From Ancylonema sp. (lineage: Eukaryota), in NCBI GenBank assembly GCA_050230475.1, contig JBFLGF010000225.1:1-64000 (forward strand): a DNA stretch of 64,000 nucleotides, given 5' to 3'. Below the pieces are notes generated by a model. It ran no database searches and had not been told where the DNA came from. It saw nothing but the letters and a program-made list of their open reading frames with translations. The stretch's first letter is position 1; each line of letters starts with the position of its first letter. Below, piece by piece: positions 45,002 through 59,600 of the stretch. The translations under genes were made by a program, and so were the position numbers.

Positions 45002-45730
45002 TTGCACGATGTTAACTTCTGAGCGTCAAAACCGATGGGACCTTTGTCTTAGTCAGTGTATTAACGTGCAGCACAAGTGCGTGGTGCAGAGGATGGAGAC
45101 GTGCAGGCAGACTGCCACGTGCAGTCACAATCGTCTGACGCTTCCGAGGGATTCACCAAGAACGGCACAGCGTGTACAGGTCATCAAGTCTGGTTCCCTG
45201 ATTTGGCGCCAAAAATAAAGGGAGACGCTTCCTCGTAACTTCTAGCAACAAGCAAATAGTAACCGAAGCTGTGAGTCGTAACTGACAGTGATCGCCCGTT
45301 GTCTGGTCTGGTAACTGGTAAGGTGCATCCGTGTTCATACGGACCGTCGGACCGTTAACCGTACGATAAATGGCGGAGAATTTGTAGTTTTTCAAGAGCA
45401 TCATTTTCCTCGATGGATTTGCATTTTTTTTAGTAGCCATAAGTCAGAAAAGGGTGAGTTCTAATCAAGTCGGACTGCTCCACCTGAGCCGCATGAGGCC
45501 TCCAAAATATTAGGTGAGAGAGCTATCGACGCCAGCAGAGACGGAATTCAGAGCAACCAGGGACGGAATCTAGACGGGCTGCATGCAATGCAGTCTTCAG
45601 CTAGTCACGTGTACAATACAGACAGGTGGAACCTGTATTTCTCGATCATGTCATGACATCGAAGTGCAAGCACGTACTTCTACATGATTATATTCGCATC
45701 TCACGATAGCCTGAAGAGGCACTCCCTCAC

Positions 45731-46516
45731 ATGTTGGACATGGCTGCTCGTGAAGAGAGCCAAAAGAATGTTCTTTCGGAAATAATGACGACTCCAAATA
45801 AAACTGGTCTCCCGGTGACAGAGAATCGCGCGTTGCAGCAGCATGAATGGGGAAGCATGCGCGGATCACCCAGAGCTTTTCGCGGATGGGACAGCAAACC
45901 CCTCCAAAAGGACAGAGGATCTAAAGACAGAGATTCTGTCGTGGAATGGGGAGTATGTATGTTCATTTTCAGCATCTGCTGTATTTTTTGCATGCTGCTG
46001 GCGGTGGCCCTTCCCTGTATGCTTATGGATGGAGCAGACGCTGAGGCTGACCGAGTATTTCTGGAGAACTGGTAGGTACAAGAGAAACTTTGACAGATCG
46101 CATACTCATATTCTCACATACTTGGCACACGACCCGCATACTGCAATCAATCGCCAGACTAAACGCTAGACTAAACGCTATTTCTCATCTGCCATATCCC
46201 TGCATTCACCTGTCATTGACTCACAGCACTCAGGCCTTCCTCGGCTCCTCTGCAATCTAAAAATACCGATCTCACTCACATTGAAACTCTCAGCCACGCC
46301 TCGACAATTGTGCAGAGAGTCAGCCTCGTGTACCACAGGGGCCTTGGGCCTTCTCCGGATCAGATGATTTATGCTGCTATCCTCCATCTGATCTCTCCTA
46401 TTTTCCCCACATCCCTCAGGATCTATTACTGCGCTTTGCTTCCCTTAACCGTCCCTGTAGCGCTAACCGCAATCTACCTCCACTGGGTGGGCATGAAGCT
46501 CTTCAAGCACGCCTGA
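45731..46516 (+). CDS. GPI-GlcNAc transferase subunit PIG-Y/Eri1-like protein
   Basis: Exon ending 46071 spliced to 46420 gives ...ENW|IYYCALLPLTVPVALTAIYLHWVGMKLFKHA*, the typical PIG-Y C-terminus; two hydrophobic segments. Several possible ATGs. Confidence 0.82.
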
Positions 46517-47854
46517 TCATCATTAAAAAAAAATAAAAAAATCAGGCACAAGGGGCAGGGTTCAACTCCTCTACAGCAGCAGTGGTTCACGCTCCGTTTT
46601 CAACAGGGAGACATTCACTTGCAGCCAACTGTCAGTCGACACCTGGCGGTCAATGTTGGACAAGGGAGGCTGATCTAACATCAATTGGCTCAACAACCCA
46701 AGGCATGCCTATGAGAAGGCATTTCATGTCAGTATGTCTCTGCCTTGAACCAATGTATCGCATAGATCTTCACCCTGGCCTCACAGTATGAGAAAATGGA
46801 GTTATGGAATTCCGGGACACAAGTTGAACCCTGCATTGAGCAATCCCAAATAGCCTCACCAGAACTCTCATCATCTGCTTCCCTTCTCTTGTGTCGACTT
46901 CGCACCTTCAGCGTGGAGATGAGGTGGCCATGGTGTCAGGAGCAGCCTCAACACTTGGTGGGAAGGAGGTGGAGGAGTGCAAATGCGTACTGCCTAGTGC
47001 CAATGGGGAAACGCCACATGGCACATTCGCATTTTCACCTCCAATGTTTGTTGGCATTTCTTTGAAGTCAACTATCGGTACGATTTTTTCTGATTGGAGG
47101 ACCGAAGCCATCTGTCTTTGAACCGCGGGTGTTCCACCCACCTCGCCATCGATTGGTTGAGTTCTAACTTGCGTGTGTCTCACATTGTGGTCTTTCTAGG
47201 ATGCGTGGCTCAATGAATTGCCCCACGGACTGTGTGGCACATATATTATATTCTTATAATAACGTATCAACAAAATAGAGTGCACATTTGCTTGAGTGAT
47301 GATTCGAGTACGATGATTTGAAGCACTAAAGGAATTCGCACACAAGTAATAGAATTACATTCATATGATATCTAGATAGTGTTTCCTCAAGGATGACCAC
47401 ACTTCCATCCTCACACAAACATCTAGGGAGTTTAGATTACGGCGGAACCACGATACTTATACCTCGCCAATGTCAACTCCTTCGATTCGAAACAAGCAAT
47501 GTCGCACGATACAACACCCAGACCGCCCTGTCAGTCGTATCGGATACGGAAATACATTGCTATCGTTTCAATTGTCGAATTTTGTGACATCCGCCCCAAC
47601 ATATGCGTTTTCGTCCGATACGGCCTACGTCTCGGACAAACATCAAAACAATGTGTACACGCGTATAAAGTCCTACAAATAAAACAATTTTCGGTTTGTT
47701 TCTGGTTTTCTGTCGTTTTTGGGAAAGAAGACGTGGTTTTGTTGTATTCCGGATACATGTCATCATTGGCCGGGCAACCCCGTAGCGGACACAGCCGTCG
47801 CGGGCCGACACGACAGGGATCGTCTCGGAAACTCGATGCGCCACTCGAAACGCC

Positions 47855-50636
47855 GTGTCGGATACGATCATTTCGAATGGGTACGGGTCCGCGTATCGAG
47901 AAACTAAGCACTGGCGAATTGGTGGTGTTGCCTGTGACCACACTCGGCCCTTCTCCGTATACGATGTGGTATGCCATGTTTGTTCCAGAGACCACCTAGA
48001 GCTTGCCGGCAACTCGAGACTAGAGGCGAGCTCGAGCGTCCAGATTTTCGCTCAAAAGCATGATTTGTTGAACATTATCGTTCGTCTCGTTCATATTATT
48101 GACCCTGCGAAGAGCAACTGGCCCGCTCGACACCAGGTGGGGATCAGTAAAACATTGTCTCCAGGGCTTCGGATTTGGCTCCAGGACTGTTCTAGGTCAG
48201 TGTCCGACGAGTACCCTATCTTGCTCCTCTACCACATGGCTCCTGCTGGGCTGAGAGCCCTGACGTCTCTCTCCCTCCGTGTCTGAAGGGGTACGGGGGG
48301 TAAGAATAATTCATGCACGCTAGAAAGTCAGGCTATTTCTCGTTCTTTTATACCGGCGTGACCATCTATCCATAACGAATCACTGGATTTATCCAAAACA
48401 CCGGTTTCTCCCAGGCAAGCGCAGCTGCCCATCCGGCGAGGATGGCTACGAGGTCGATTGGCAGCAGTCCAAGCGTGTGAAATACGACGGTGGTTGGTCG
48501 GTGGAGCACATGGTGCTTCAACTCCTTCTGGCGCGGCGCCAGCTGTCCGCTAGGGGACTTGCCAGGCTGTCTTGCGTCAATAAGGCCTTCAGCAAGGTAC
48601 AAGGTGTACCGAGCAAAAGAGTTCGTCATCATAGCCCCGGTGACTTGGTCTAAATCGGGTCCCTTCATATTCTGCCACCTGTCCGTCTGCAGGCCAGTGA
48701 GGACGAGTCTTTGTGGCACAGCGCCTGCTCCTACCATTGGCCCTCCACGGTTTGCCCCGAAGTGCACCAACACATTGCGGCGGCAGGCGGGTATCGAAGG
48801 TGAGGGGGCGGGTATCCCATTAAAGGGTGGAACGCTCTCACTCTGTAGGCACATCTTCAGGGTGTGGAATCCGGTGTCGACATTGCTTCCACCGCATATG
48901 AAATATTAAATTTCATGATGCCACATTTGGCCATTCAAAACTTCTTTGCGCGCTTACTCTTGAGCCTACACCCCTCCCCCATCTCTACAAAAACACACAC
49001 AAATATACAACTCAACAACAACAGGGATTGCACCATGATTGTGATAATCGCGTGGTATCAAATTGTGTATCTTCTCATCTATTTTCATATCTATCTATCT
49101 ATCTCTCTATCTATTTACCTGTCTGTTTACGCTTATCTATGTCTAATATGCGTACATGTTTCTCTACATCCATGCAAACTCCACTTGTCATACTCGTGCA
49201 GAAATAGTTCTATGCACATATGTATACGAATCGTACCACAAGTATGTATCTTAACACCAAGCACGTACATCATCTTCCATTTCTCACCCCCTCTCATTCT
49301 CCTTGTCTCTTTTCCTTTTTTTCGATCTCTGTCCCCCTCTATTTCTTGTCCTGTCTCCCACCAAACAGGTTCTTCTCGCTTCGTCATCGCCCTGGCGGGG
49401 AGATCCAGCTCAGCGTACCGTCGACCGACATCGATACCTTTTTCGCCAACAAACTGTTTTTAATGGACGTCCTCTACCACGGCCGGCCGCGCGCCTCATT
49501 CCGATGTCTCAAAGATGGACAGTTGGGGAAAGTGCCGCTCGAGAACGGGATCGCGTTTCGAATGCCAGATGTCACGGTAGGAGTGGGCGTGAATGGAAAG
49601 GGAAATGATACAATCAAATATGATACGAGTATAACACAAACTTGGGGGGGGGTCCGAATTTATATTTGGGAATGGGTTGGCTGCTAGGGCTGGTATTCAC
49701 ATTTGTGAAATACGCGATGTGAATTGTTGGCGAGGAGAGGAGAGATGTCAAATGAGGCTCTCGATGATCATTTGAATGGATTGCCCCTTTCTTTGCAGAT
49801 GAGTTCGGTGATCGCCGAATCACGTGGCGTGGTGCGTCGAAGCTTGGAGCAACTTGTAAGGAACGTGAGCGTGGACTGCTGCCTAGTGCGAGCCAACGAC
49901 CACAAGGTGGCGTATCTGCTGCTCTCCTCTGCGACTTCTACGCACGTCGTGGGAAAGTAAGGGGAAGGGGGGCGGGGGGGGGGCAGACGGGTAGTGTTAG
50001 GAGGTGGTGGTGAGGGAGGGGAGGTCAGATGGGTGTGAAATCTGGACACGGAATGATGTGATGGGATCGATGATTTTTGGGTGATGTCATTTCTAGTATT
50101 CGTTTGCTACGGTTCTTTAGGAGTGAGGGGTGAAAGGCTAGAGACGTTAAATGCGTTCTTGTTTGTCAAGATAGAAGGGGGCTGATGTGGATTCAAGGGA
50201 TTACTCATGGTGTTGCCGTTTTGCCGTTTTGCCGTTGTTTTGGGGCAGTACTGCATTCGCCACTTTCAAGAGTGTGTTCCTTTTTCCGGGCGTGTTCGAG
50301 TCCACCCGAGCGACAACCGAGGTGATCATATCTCTCACCGCCGTCGAGCGCTCGAACCCAACTCAAGGCGGCGGAGGGTCAACCCCAAATGTCGTGCAGG
50401 CTCGGAGGGGGGGGGGTGCGGCAAGGGTGAGGGGGGACCGGGGGTGGGGTGGGGGGGTGGGAAGAGGAGTAAGAAGAGGGGGCCAGGCGGGGGGTTCAGG
50501 GGTTGGGGAGAGAGGGTCGATAGAGTGTGATTTGACGTTGGGGGAGTTGGGGTTTGAAGTGAAGCTGGAGGTTTTGAAGGGTGTGGGGAAGAGATTTGCG
50601 TCGAGGAGAGAGTTGGAGTTGTTGCACTGGAAGTGA
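47855..50636 (+). CDS. F-box protein (plant type); 5' exons uncertain
   Basis: In-frame exons VLQLLLARRQLSARGLARLSCVNKAFSK|ASEDESLWHSACSYHWPST...GGYRR|FFS...LMDVLYHGRP... with GT-AG boundaries. The model upstream of about 48420 is tentative. Confidence 0.72.
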
Positions 50637-52618
50637 GGACGTATTTGTGACTGTATCCCGACAAGACTGGGTTTGCAACTGTATCGTTGCAAAAATGTGA
50701 TGTAGGTGAAGAAGTAGAAAGAGGGGAAAGTGTGGGAAGGGAAAGCCGTCGTATTTTATTGAATGGGTGCTAGTGAAAAATAAATCAGGTCTTTATTATA
50801 GTTGAAAGGGAACAAAATGGAGTTTTGTGGACTCGTTTGTGTATATATCAGGATTTTGCGCAAAAAATATTATCTCCAGATAAGAGTTTAGTGTACATGT
50901 ACATAGAGCAGGGTTGTGGAGGACTAGGCTAGAGGGAGTGCTACGAGCGGTTGACTCTTTTTCTGTTATCATTACATTGGTGTGCCCGATTTTGTACATA
51001 CTAAACAAATGTTGGCACCCGTTTTGTCGATTCGTGGAAGCAATTTTTGCAATTGTCTCACTTGAGAAAAGTGAGCTCTCTTTTGCGAGAGCGCAAGTTT
51101 GTATGAGGCGTTGTGATCGGCATGAATAACCTTGTGTAGATTGTTAACTCCAAGGAAATATTACACAAGAATGCATTGGAATTATTGAAGTGCGTAACTA
51201 CAATTGCACAAATTGAAATGTGGTAGAAGGCTGCCATTTGGCTGGTTACACTCCCGACAATGGTGTGAGCATGCCACACGTGTGTGATTATCTACTTGAT
51301 GTCATGCGCCTAGGTGGCTAGCTAACACATCGCGATGAGAAAATTGTGTTTGTAAACTCCAAGAAGTCCCACTTGCTTTCCACTTCCTTACACAATAATA
51401 CAATGCGGCTCTCTGAGCTCAAGGCGCTCGAAGAAGACACAGAGTGTGCACTCTCGATTGAATGCATGAGTGTGGGTCTCTTTTCCAACTAAAAAAATGA
51501 TTCCCACAATAAAGCGATCGATGAGACAACATCGTGCTCCATCCCTCACATGCATTATACGACGTTAATCTGTCGCCAAAATGACCAAAATATACCGACA
51601 TGACAGTCATAATCTGAATGTTGCTTTACAAAATGGTGTGTAGGTATACAAAAAGACACATGATTACTTGTAATTCATTTTTGTAAACCACCTTAAAACA
51701 ACATGAGTGCATGTATACGCATGAATTTGAATACACTATATTGCCTCTTGGAAGATGTTTTGGAATAACCGGTGAATTGCTCGGGTTCCGAACGCATTTG
51801 AATCAATTGACTGTTCGCAAATGTATTGGTGCCATCATGTGTAACTCGTCTCTCACCATTGCGTGATAAGTTCCGTTCATTGTCGATGGAAATAAATGTT
51901 TCAAACAATGTGTTGTTGCCAACTGGTGCCTAAATGTGTCGGAATCTAAGACAGATGAAAAACATACCACATGCCAATCGTGTTATTGTTGTGGAAATCG
52001 TTGTTGTTTTCTTCGTTCTATTCACCCCGGTTCTCATCTGACGTCGAACAGATTCTCCATATCCAGCGTGCTTATAACGCAGGGGTGTCTGTGCCCGTAG
52101 CGAGCATATTTTGGCGGTGGCTAATCAGTTCCCAATATTTTGGTGACAAAATCGTCGACCGATGCACCAAGTAAGTTACATGTGGTGACGTATAGGCGTT
52201 ACATACGTAACGCCTGTTGCTTACAAAGATTAAAGACACGTCTTTTCTCACCGAACGACGGGTGTCCCTATACAAAAGAATACCACCGCTGACGCCAAAT
52301 TCCCGCCAAAATACAATCCAGAAAAAACTGAACTGCGAGGCATCCGGTGCATTTCTTGTACAGAACATCATAATTTGCATTCCTTCCTAGACACTCTACA
52401 GATTGACAGCCCCCTACATGCCGACACCCTGCGGAGACACGACGTCAAGATAGCTCGTCCCGAAGAAGTTCATCATTCCAGAATCCGGTTGGACAATCCA
52501 GCCGTAACACAGTCGTCTCGCGAGGTGATATTTTTGTTCTGTCGCATACTATCCTCTCGCCTTGCGACTTGAGAACAACATTCTCCTATTCGTCTAGTGA
52601 CACAATATTTCTTGGCAC

Positions 52619-55413
52619 ATGGCTCTTTCCTGCGGCCCCCTCCCACAAGGGGCTTCCATTCCACTGTCATATGGTCCAACTTTTGGGCAGCATCACTATA
52701 GTCTCATGGAAGTCGAGGAGGACATGCTGAAGGAGTTGCTGCAGCATGGGTGAGTCATTGCTTCGATTTTTTCCCGTCACAGTCAGTACGTTTTTGTTTG
52801 AAGCATTACTTTCATCTTTAAAATAATACATTGGCGAGCAGAACAAGCTGAGGCCTGCGAGGTGCGGACACATCTCACCAAATTGGTGGTGGTATGTCAG
52901 ACAGAAAACAGCAGCACTTCTACAGATGGGGACGTGATCTGCGCGATTAACGCTGGTTACTGATACGCAAACAATGTTTCTGTAAACAATTCAGACAGGC
53001 GTGCCTGCATTGTGATCAACCTCGGAGCCAACGATTTTGGATTCAATGTTCACTCTCGGTCTGCTATCTGCGGTCCTAGCTCTGAGTCTTGTTGTATTCT
53101 GTTACTGTGCAACATTCTGCGTTCGTTACAACGATCCATGGCCAAAGAATAAGGACCAGCGTTTCGTATACCGAGAACATTCTCGATATGATTGAAAAGC
53201 AACCCAGCAACAGCAACGCGAGAAATTCAATGACTCACCTCATTCATTGACAGTGCAGATTGCAGTTCAAGGTGTCTCCCCAAGAGGACAGTGTGCTGTG
53301 CTCTGCTTCTCACACCTATGCCCTGCGACTGGTGGAAACCACAAACACACTCCTGCTGGCGACGGGAAGTGGTGTCACCACCACAGAGATACAGGTATTG
53401 GACGAGAGATTTGTCTGTGAAGTATCCTTTACAGTTCACAACAAGCTCTAGCAAAGGAGAGAGGGAGAGTTTGGGAAGGAGACGGGGGGAGCCTGAGAGG
53501 TTGACTAATACACTGGCGGAAAAGAGCTGTGAAGTGTGAAGCATAGAGCACACACAGAATATAATGTCACTGATAGAATCTAGAATGGTCCAATAAAGGA
53601 CCATTCTAGATGGTCCGGAGGTAGAACCGGGATCTGGTCACAAATATGATATACAGTGCAGGTATTGTAGAAACGAGATTACCGATTCTGATCAGTACCG
53701 ATTTCGATTCCCATGTGACTCATTAGAAGGAAAGAGTTGTTGTTGCCTCCAATTCTCTTGAAGAGCATTTGGGATGTGTCAAAGGAAGATAGTGCAGACG
53801 TACATGTCACAACCAGCTGTCTGTATCCACTCAACCTGGGTAGGACTGCTGATGACTCGCACCATTCAGGAAACTGAGGTGTGGCGGGACTGTAATTGAG
53901 GGGAGGTGCAGGCTGAAGGCAGTGTCTCTGGCCACATGTCACTCACACAAACAGCGCCTCGCCTCGACCAATTACGGCGCCTGTTGCTTGAGAATCCGTA
54001 CACCCAAGCAGATGAAGATCAACCAATGGCAGCAGGAGATGACGCGGGCAGTGATGATGCTGGACCGTCAGGGAGGGCAGGTGGCAGTCAAGGAGGGGCA
54101 GGGGTGGGGACGTCAGAAGAGACAGGTGGCAGGCCTTCAGGAGAGACACCTGGCAACAGGTCGTACAGCTTCCACGACCTGTTACAGAATGTCCAGGCCA
54201 GCGAGGCGGAACTGAGGGAGGGCTTATCTGATTTGAACTGTGTCGAAGTCGATGGAAAGTGGCGCATGGTGGATGAGGAATACGGGGGGAAGGTTCTAGA
54301 CCTCATCATACAGCTGGCAGCCATCAACGGGTGGGCCCTCACAGCTCTCCCTGAAAGAAAACTCATCCGTTTGGCAGAAGCAGAGGGGTTCAGGGAGGCC
54401 ATTGCGGTGTACTGCCTCAGGAAGTACGGACACAGGGCTGGGGTGGAGGGAGACATAGAGAATATGGAGGTGGGATGGGAGAGGAGGTGGGGGCTGGAAG
54501 AAGACAAAGTGTGCATCCGTTTTGCGAAGCAACTGCTGACAGCAGGTGGGGGGCACATCACTGGAGTCTGTGTATCTATGTATCTGTGCCTCGAATCAGA
54601 TTCACATGCACGAATCCGATTCGTACCGGCACATTCTATGGGGCTCAAACCACGTGCACGTTCAGTTCCCAATATCCCCACGTTCCCGATTCCCCTTCCC
54701 CATTTTTGCTTCACACACATCCTGCACCCGCCTGACACACCTGAATCCGCATCTGTTCGTATCCGATTCGCACGTATCCGATTCGCACTCTCGCACCCGA
54801 CCGACCCCCCCCCCCTTCCCCTCTCGCACCAGGTTCTCGGTGGCGAACGGAAGACTTCATGGAGGCCTGGCAGAGGAACGCTCCGGAAGGCATGACCCCC
54901 CGACTCGAGTGGCTGCGGGGGGAGGCGGTGGTGGATCGGGTGGGATCGGATTCGTGGGTGGATGGGTACCCAGCCTCGGCTCTACCCGCAGACCCAGCCC
55001 TGCGTTTCTTGCACCTCTTCCAGAGACGGCCGCAGTGGTTGGGGGAGGAGTTGGAGCCGTATTTGAAGTGAGTGTGTAGCGCACTTGTCCCACGTCAAAG
55101 CGACCGTTTTTGCACAAAAAATGTTGCATGAATTACAGGTCGATGCAAGATAATCCGACCCTTTTTTTTTGAGCGAGGAAAGTTGTGTGCACCAGATTGT
55201 TCGCTAGCGAAAAAACGTAGCGTTGTGGTGTTCGGTGCATGATTTTTGTTGTGCTCCCCAGCATGGATGTTTATAGCAATTTTGTTCGTTATATGGGGGG
55301 GGGGTGGCAGAGGTTTGGCGGGTCCTGGGCAGTCGTCCGAAGCCCTCATGCTCAAGTACTCCCGTCGGATTCAACCGCACGCCCAAGCGCCACCTGTCTA
55401 TTGCGCGAGGTAG
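52619..55413 (+). CDS. DCC1: Sister chromatid cohesion protein DCC1 (CTF18-RFC subunit)
   Basis: 5 exons; EDSVLCSASHTYALRLVETTNTLLL, APRLDQLRRLL, VQASEAEL, LPADPALRFLHLFQRRPQW, LMLKYSRR. Confidence 0.92.
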
Positions 55414-56697
55414 CGACCTGTCCTAGCCTCGATACTAGCTAGCTTCCGTATTGTCGAACAACGAGAGAGGGAAGGAGCAGCAGATACTTGCAAGATTGCA
55501 ATGTGGACAACGCTCTCTTGGTTGGTTTTTTGGTTCCAATTTGGTTGATTTATTTGTTTTGCGTTGGATGGTTTGGTTTGATTGTTTGCCTCTTGTGGCT
55601 AGTGTTGTGGGGGACATCCATGGCATGACCGATTGGTTCATAAGTAATGATTTGTCATGCACTATAGGGTGTGGTTATCTACAAACATTTTCGGGAAAAA
55701 AGGTCTCATTTAATAGCAAAAGTGCCGATAGAGATGAGGAACTCTACTTCCAAGACGTACAAATGTGAAGTAGTCATCTCAATTCAGCCCGTCACCAACA
55801 AAACTTGCACGCGAAAAGCATTGTTGTACATGTCTCCCGTAATTGATGTACATTCACTGTCTCGAAGCTATCCGTCCACGAAAACGATCTAGATGGCATC
55901 ATTGTCTCTTTGCTGTTTGATAACAATACCTTGAAAATTGCAACATGGCTAAATTCCAATTAGAAATGTGAGAACGATGGCAAGCATGCAATGGCTTCCC
56001 TACAATACCGAAACACCCTACCACTCCATAGCACCAACAACCTACCTTAGGAACTGAAACCACTAAGGTCTTATGTCACGTAGAAGTACTTGATCCAAAA
56101 CCAAGATTTCAGATGACACTGGCAGAAAACAAAGCTCATGTGAGATGGATTTGTGAAAAGCAAGAAATCTTACAGACGTTTCTCAAACAAAAAGAAGGTA
56201 TGATTGTCATAATTCAATGGTTTGATCCACATCAGCACTCAAATAATTCGAGAATGGTTTATTTCCGTTAAGTGCTTTAGTAAATTACGAGTAACATTCG
56301 GGTTTGTATCTATTGAAGGAATTTCAACTGCTTCTCGAGATGCTTCAGAGACGCTACCAAATAGCTTTAGGAAAATCCGTCTCCGATAATTGTTTATGAA
56401 AACCCATCTCGTGTACCGTAACCAAAGTTATGCCTATGTACGATTTGACAAATGGTACCATTTGCACTTGTCAACAATTGAAATAATTGTTGACTAAAAC
56501 GTTTCGCTTGTTCATCACATCATGGTGACAAAGATCCCCCGTTTGTTGTGCAACCTACTCCGGATCGTGTGGGCCGCGAGTCGCCGCTACAGTATGTGCC
56601 ACTCATCTTCTAGCAGGCCCCCTCCGTTTTCACACAACACCGTTGCGCAAAAACTAGGACTTGGATGCAAAAGGGCAATCCTCCACGTCATGAGTTA

Positions 56698-59600
56698 TCA
56701 TAAGTATTCATTTATGGGATTTCCATCCAATTCTCGGCGGTCAAACTCATCTTGCGTCGATTCGGCAAACTCCCGTCGGCAATCACGGAGTTGATCGTCT
56801 AATTCAGCCACAAGGGGGTGATCAAAATTGTGAGTTATCGTGAGAACCTCCAAGCTTCTCCTGAATGCGTTGATAGCCTTTGTGAGAGTCCCAGCCACTC
56901 TGTAAATCGGTTGGGGGGGGAGGGCGGGGAGGACAACAAAGCCATTGGAAACATGTCATGGATTTGAGAGCACATGAATATGAGTATCAGCATGGAGAAA
57001 CAATCGAATGAATAGCACAATAGCGAGAAGGTCAAGAAAAAGTCAAGAAAATTTCAAGAAAAAGTCAAGAAAAGGTCAAGAAAAAGTCAAGAAAAAAACA
57101 TAGAGGCGGAGGGCATACAAGGAAAATGTGGTAAATCAGATGCATGGAATGGGCAAGTGGTTTGAGTGATGATAGGTAGATCACAAATTCCCTAGAGTGC
57201 CATGATGTACTTCAAAGCTATCCAACTGTCCATCTCACCGGAGTCAAGGTAAAAGGGTCAATCAACTTTTTCCTACCCACATACATCTACCTCACATGAG
57301 AGTCGCATTCATATTGATTGAGAGGAGTTCCGAACCTCTCTAATTTCCCCAAGGCGAAATATTGAAGACCCAACAACGGCGACACCTTGCCATATGCGCC
57401 TGAAAGGCAACTCGAAAGTCAACTCAAAAGTCAACTCAAAAGTCAACTCTGAGTCAACCATCCGGAGGTCATATTTGTGGGTATGAGCACCAATGAGCGG
57501 CTGTCGAATTCTTTTGGGTGTAATGTCTCATCTCCCCCACTCACACCGCTGTCTCTCGTTTCTGCCGCTACAGTGCACTTCTGCCGCGGATCTCTGAGGC
57601 GAATATTATATGCGGCAGAAAAGTGTGACCAGAAAAAGTGGCAAAACCATGTGTGACATGTGTGTGGCAGTGAGAAGAGATATAACGCGAGTCAGTCGAC
57701 ACACGCACTGATGTTAATGGTCTCAAAATATGCACCCTCTTCTGCCACTTCTCCTCATTTAGGCCCCCTTGCCTTTCTGCCGTTCATAGCACTGAAACAG
57801 TGGTGGCAAAAATGGCAGAAAGGGTAGCCAGCCTATCAGTAGCGGCAGTGGATGTAAGGTGGCCAAAGAAATGGCAGAAAGGGGCGTGTAGCCTGTCAGA
57901 CTGACATGTTAAAAATAAAAATAAAGGAAGAAAGGAAAGCGCCACCTGTGTATGCCGGCAGAGTGAGGTGGCAAAAGTTTAGAGCCGCAGGATAGTCTGA
58001 CAGGTCCAAACACACCTGTGTTTGGACATGCAAAATAAAAAAACACGCACAAAAAAAAAAAAGTCACTATCAAAACTTATTTGTCGTAGAAGATACCATT
58101 TTCTGAGAGCGGGTCATTGCTTTTTCAAACCCGAACTGAAGTACGCATAAACGCATTGAGCGGCGAATGGTCGACCACCCGCGCGCTGCCACCTGTCACC
58201 TGCATCAGCGAATCTCTCGTACGCATGAGTGCCACCGAGTTCGGGTGCAATGCGACCTTCTGCCTCTCCTCCCCTCTCTCCAGCTCCTCCCGGGCAACCC
58301 CCAGCTCTGCACCCCCTGTAGGTCAAGGCAGAACGACAGAATGGCAGAATTGCAGAATGGCAGAATGGCAGAATGGCAGAATGGAAGAATGGTTGAATGG
58401 AAGAAGCAGCAGGGTTTCGTAGTTGCAGAATTCTAAAAAGTGGCAAAACAGCACAATAGCTCTTCGATATGACATTGAAGACTATGGTAAGATTTTGTGG
58501 CAGTATGAAACATGGTGACTTGGCAGAAAAGGATACTGCCTTCTTTCTGCCACCCCAACCCCCTCTCCACCACTCGACTCGCCTCCTCGCCGGCCCTCTG
58601 CGCAGCCTCTTCGTTCCGCAAGCACCCGCAAACAGAGCACTGCAGCACCCCCTCGGCGTCTACGCACGAAAAACGGGCGGCAGGTGTCAGGTTACTTTTT
58701 CGATATTTTTTTTTGGTTTTCTTTTGGTGGGTTCTTTTATGTGGATTTTTTTTGTGGGTTTTAATTTTCGGATTTTTTTTCGGATTTTTTTATGGGGTTT
58801 TGGGGGGGGGGGGTTTGGGGGTTTTGGGTGGCAGATGATGAGTGGGAGGTGGGGGATGGGGGGTGGGGGGTGGGGGGGGCGTTATCTACCTTGAGTGGGG
58901 AGAAGGGCACCAGAGCAGGAGGAATCGGAGCAATGGAAGCCTGCCAGCTCAGCGTCCTCTGTGCTGCCTCCCTCCTCCTGACCACCATGACAGGATGACA
59001 GGATGACAGGATGACAGGCAGAAGGATCAAAAAATGTGCATGGGGAAAATGAGCCGATAGAGGCAGAAAGACAGTAAGGCAGAAAGGCAGAAAGGTTCGG
59101 AAGGGCACCGATTTGGAGCAGCGGGGGCAGCCACAGGTGAAGAAGTAGTGAGAGGACAGGTGGCGTCTGCGGGCAGGGGTGCTGGACGCCACGTCAGCAT
59201 AGCTGAAACACACCTGGATATAGGCACATGCCACGTCAGCATAGCTGAAACACACCTGGATATAGGCACATGCCACGTCAGCATAGCTGAAACACACCTG
59301 GATATAGGCACATGCCACGTCAGCAGGGGCGGGGGATAAATGGATGGAGGATGCGAATAGGGATTCGGGGGTTAGAGGGGTTTGTTGTTTTGGGGTTTTG
59401 AGGTTTTGAGGGTTTGGGGTTTAGTTGATGTGAGGGATGGGGGGGCAATCCGATTTTCAAATTTAGTTGATTGGTTAAATTTCGTTATGATAACGATAAT
59501 GATGGGCAGTAAAAGTATGAGTGGACATCGCGAAAAAAAGTTACAACTCGTCATGTTAGAAGGTACTCAGATTGAATTTGTAACATTGTTCTGCACACAG

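Noticed and set aside
59188..59325. CRISPR-like regular repeat
   Set aside because: The units are directly adjacent with no unique spacers; the context is a eukaryotic intron/exon boundary and no cas genes are present.
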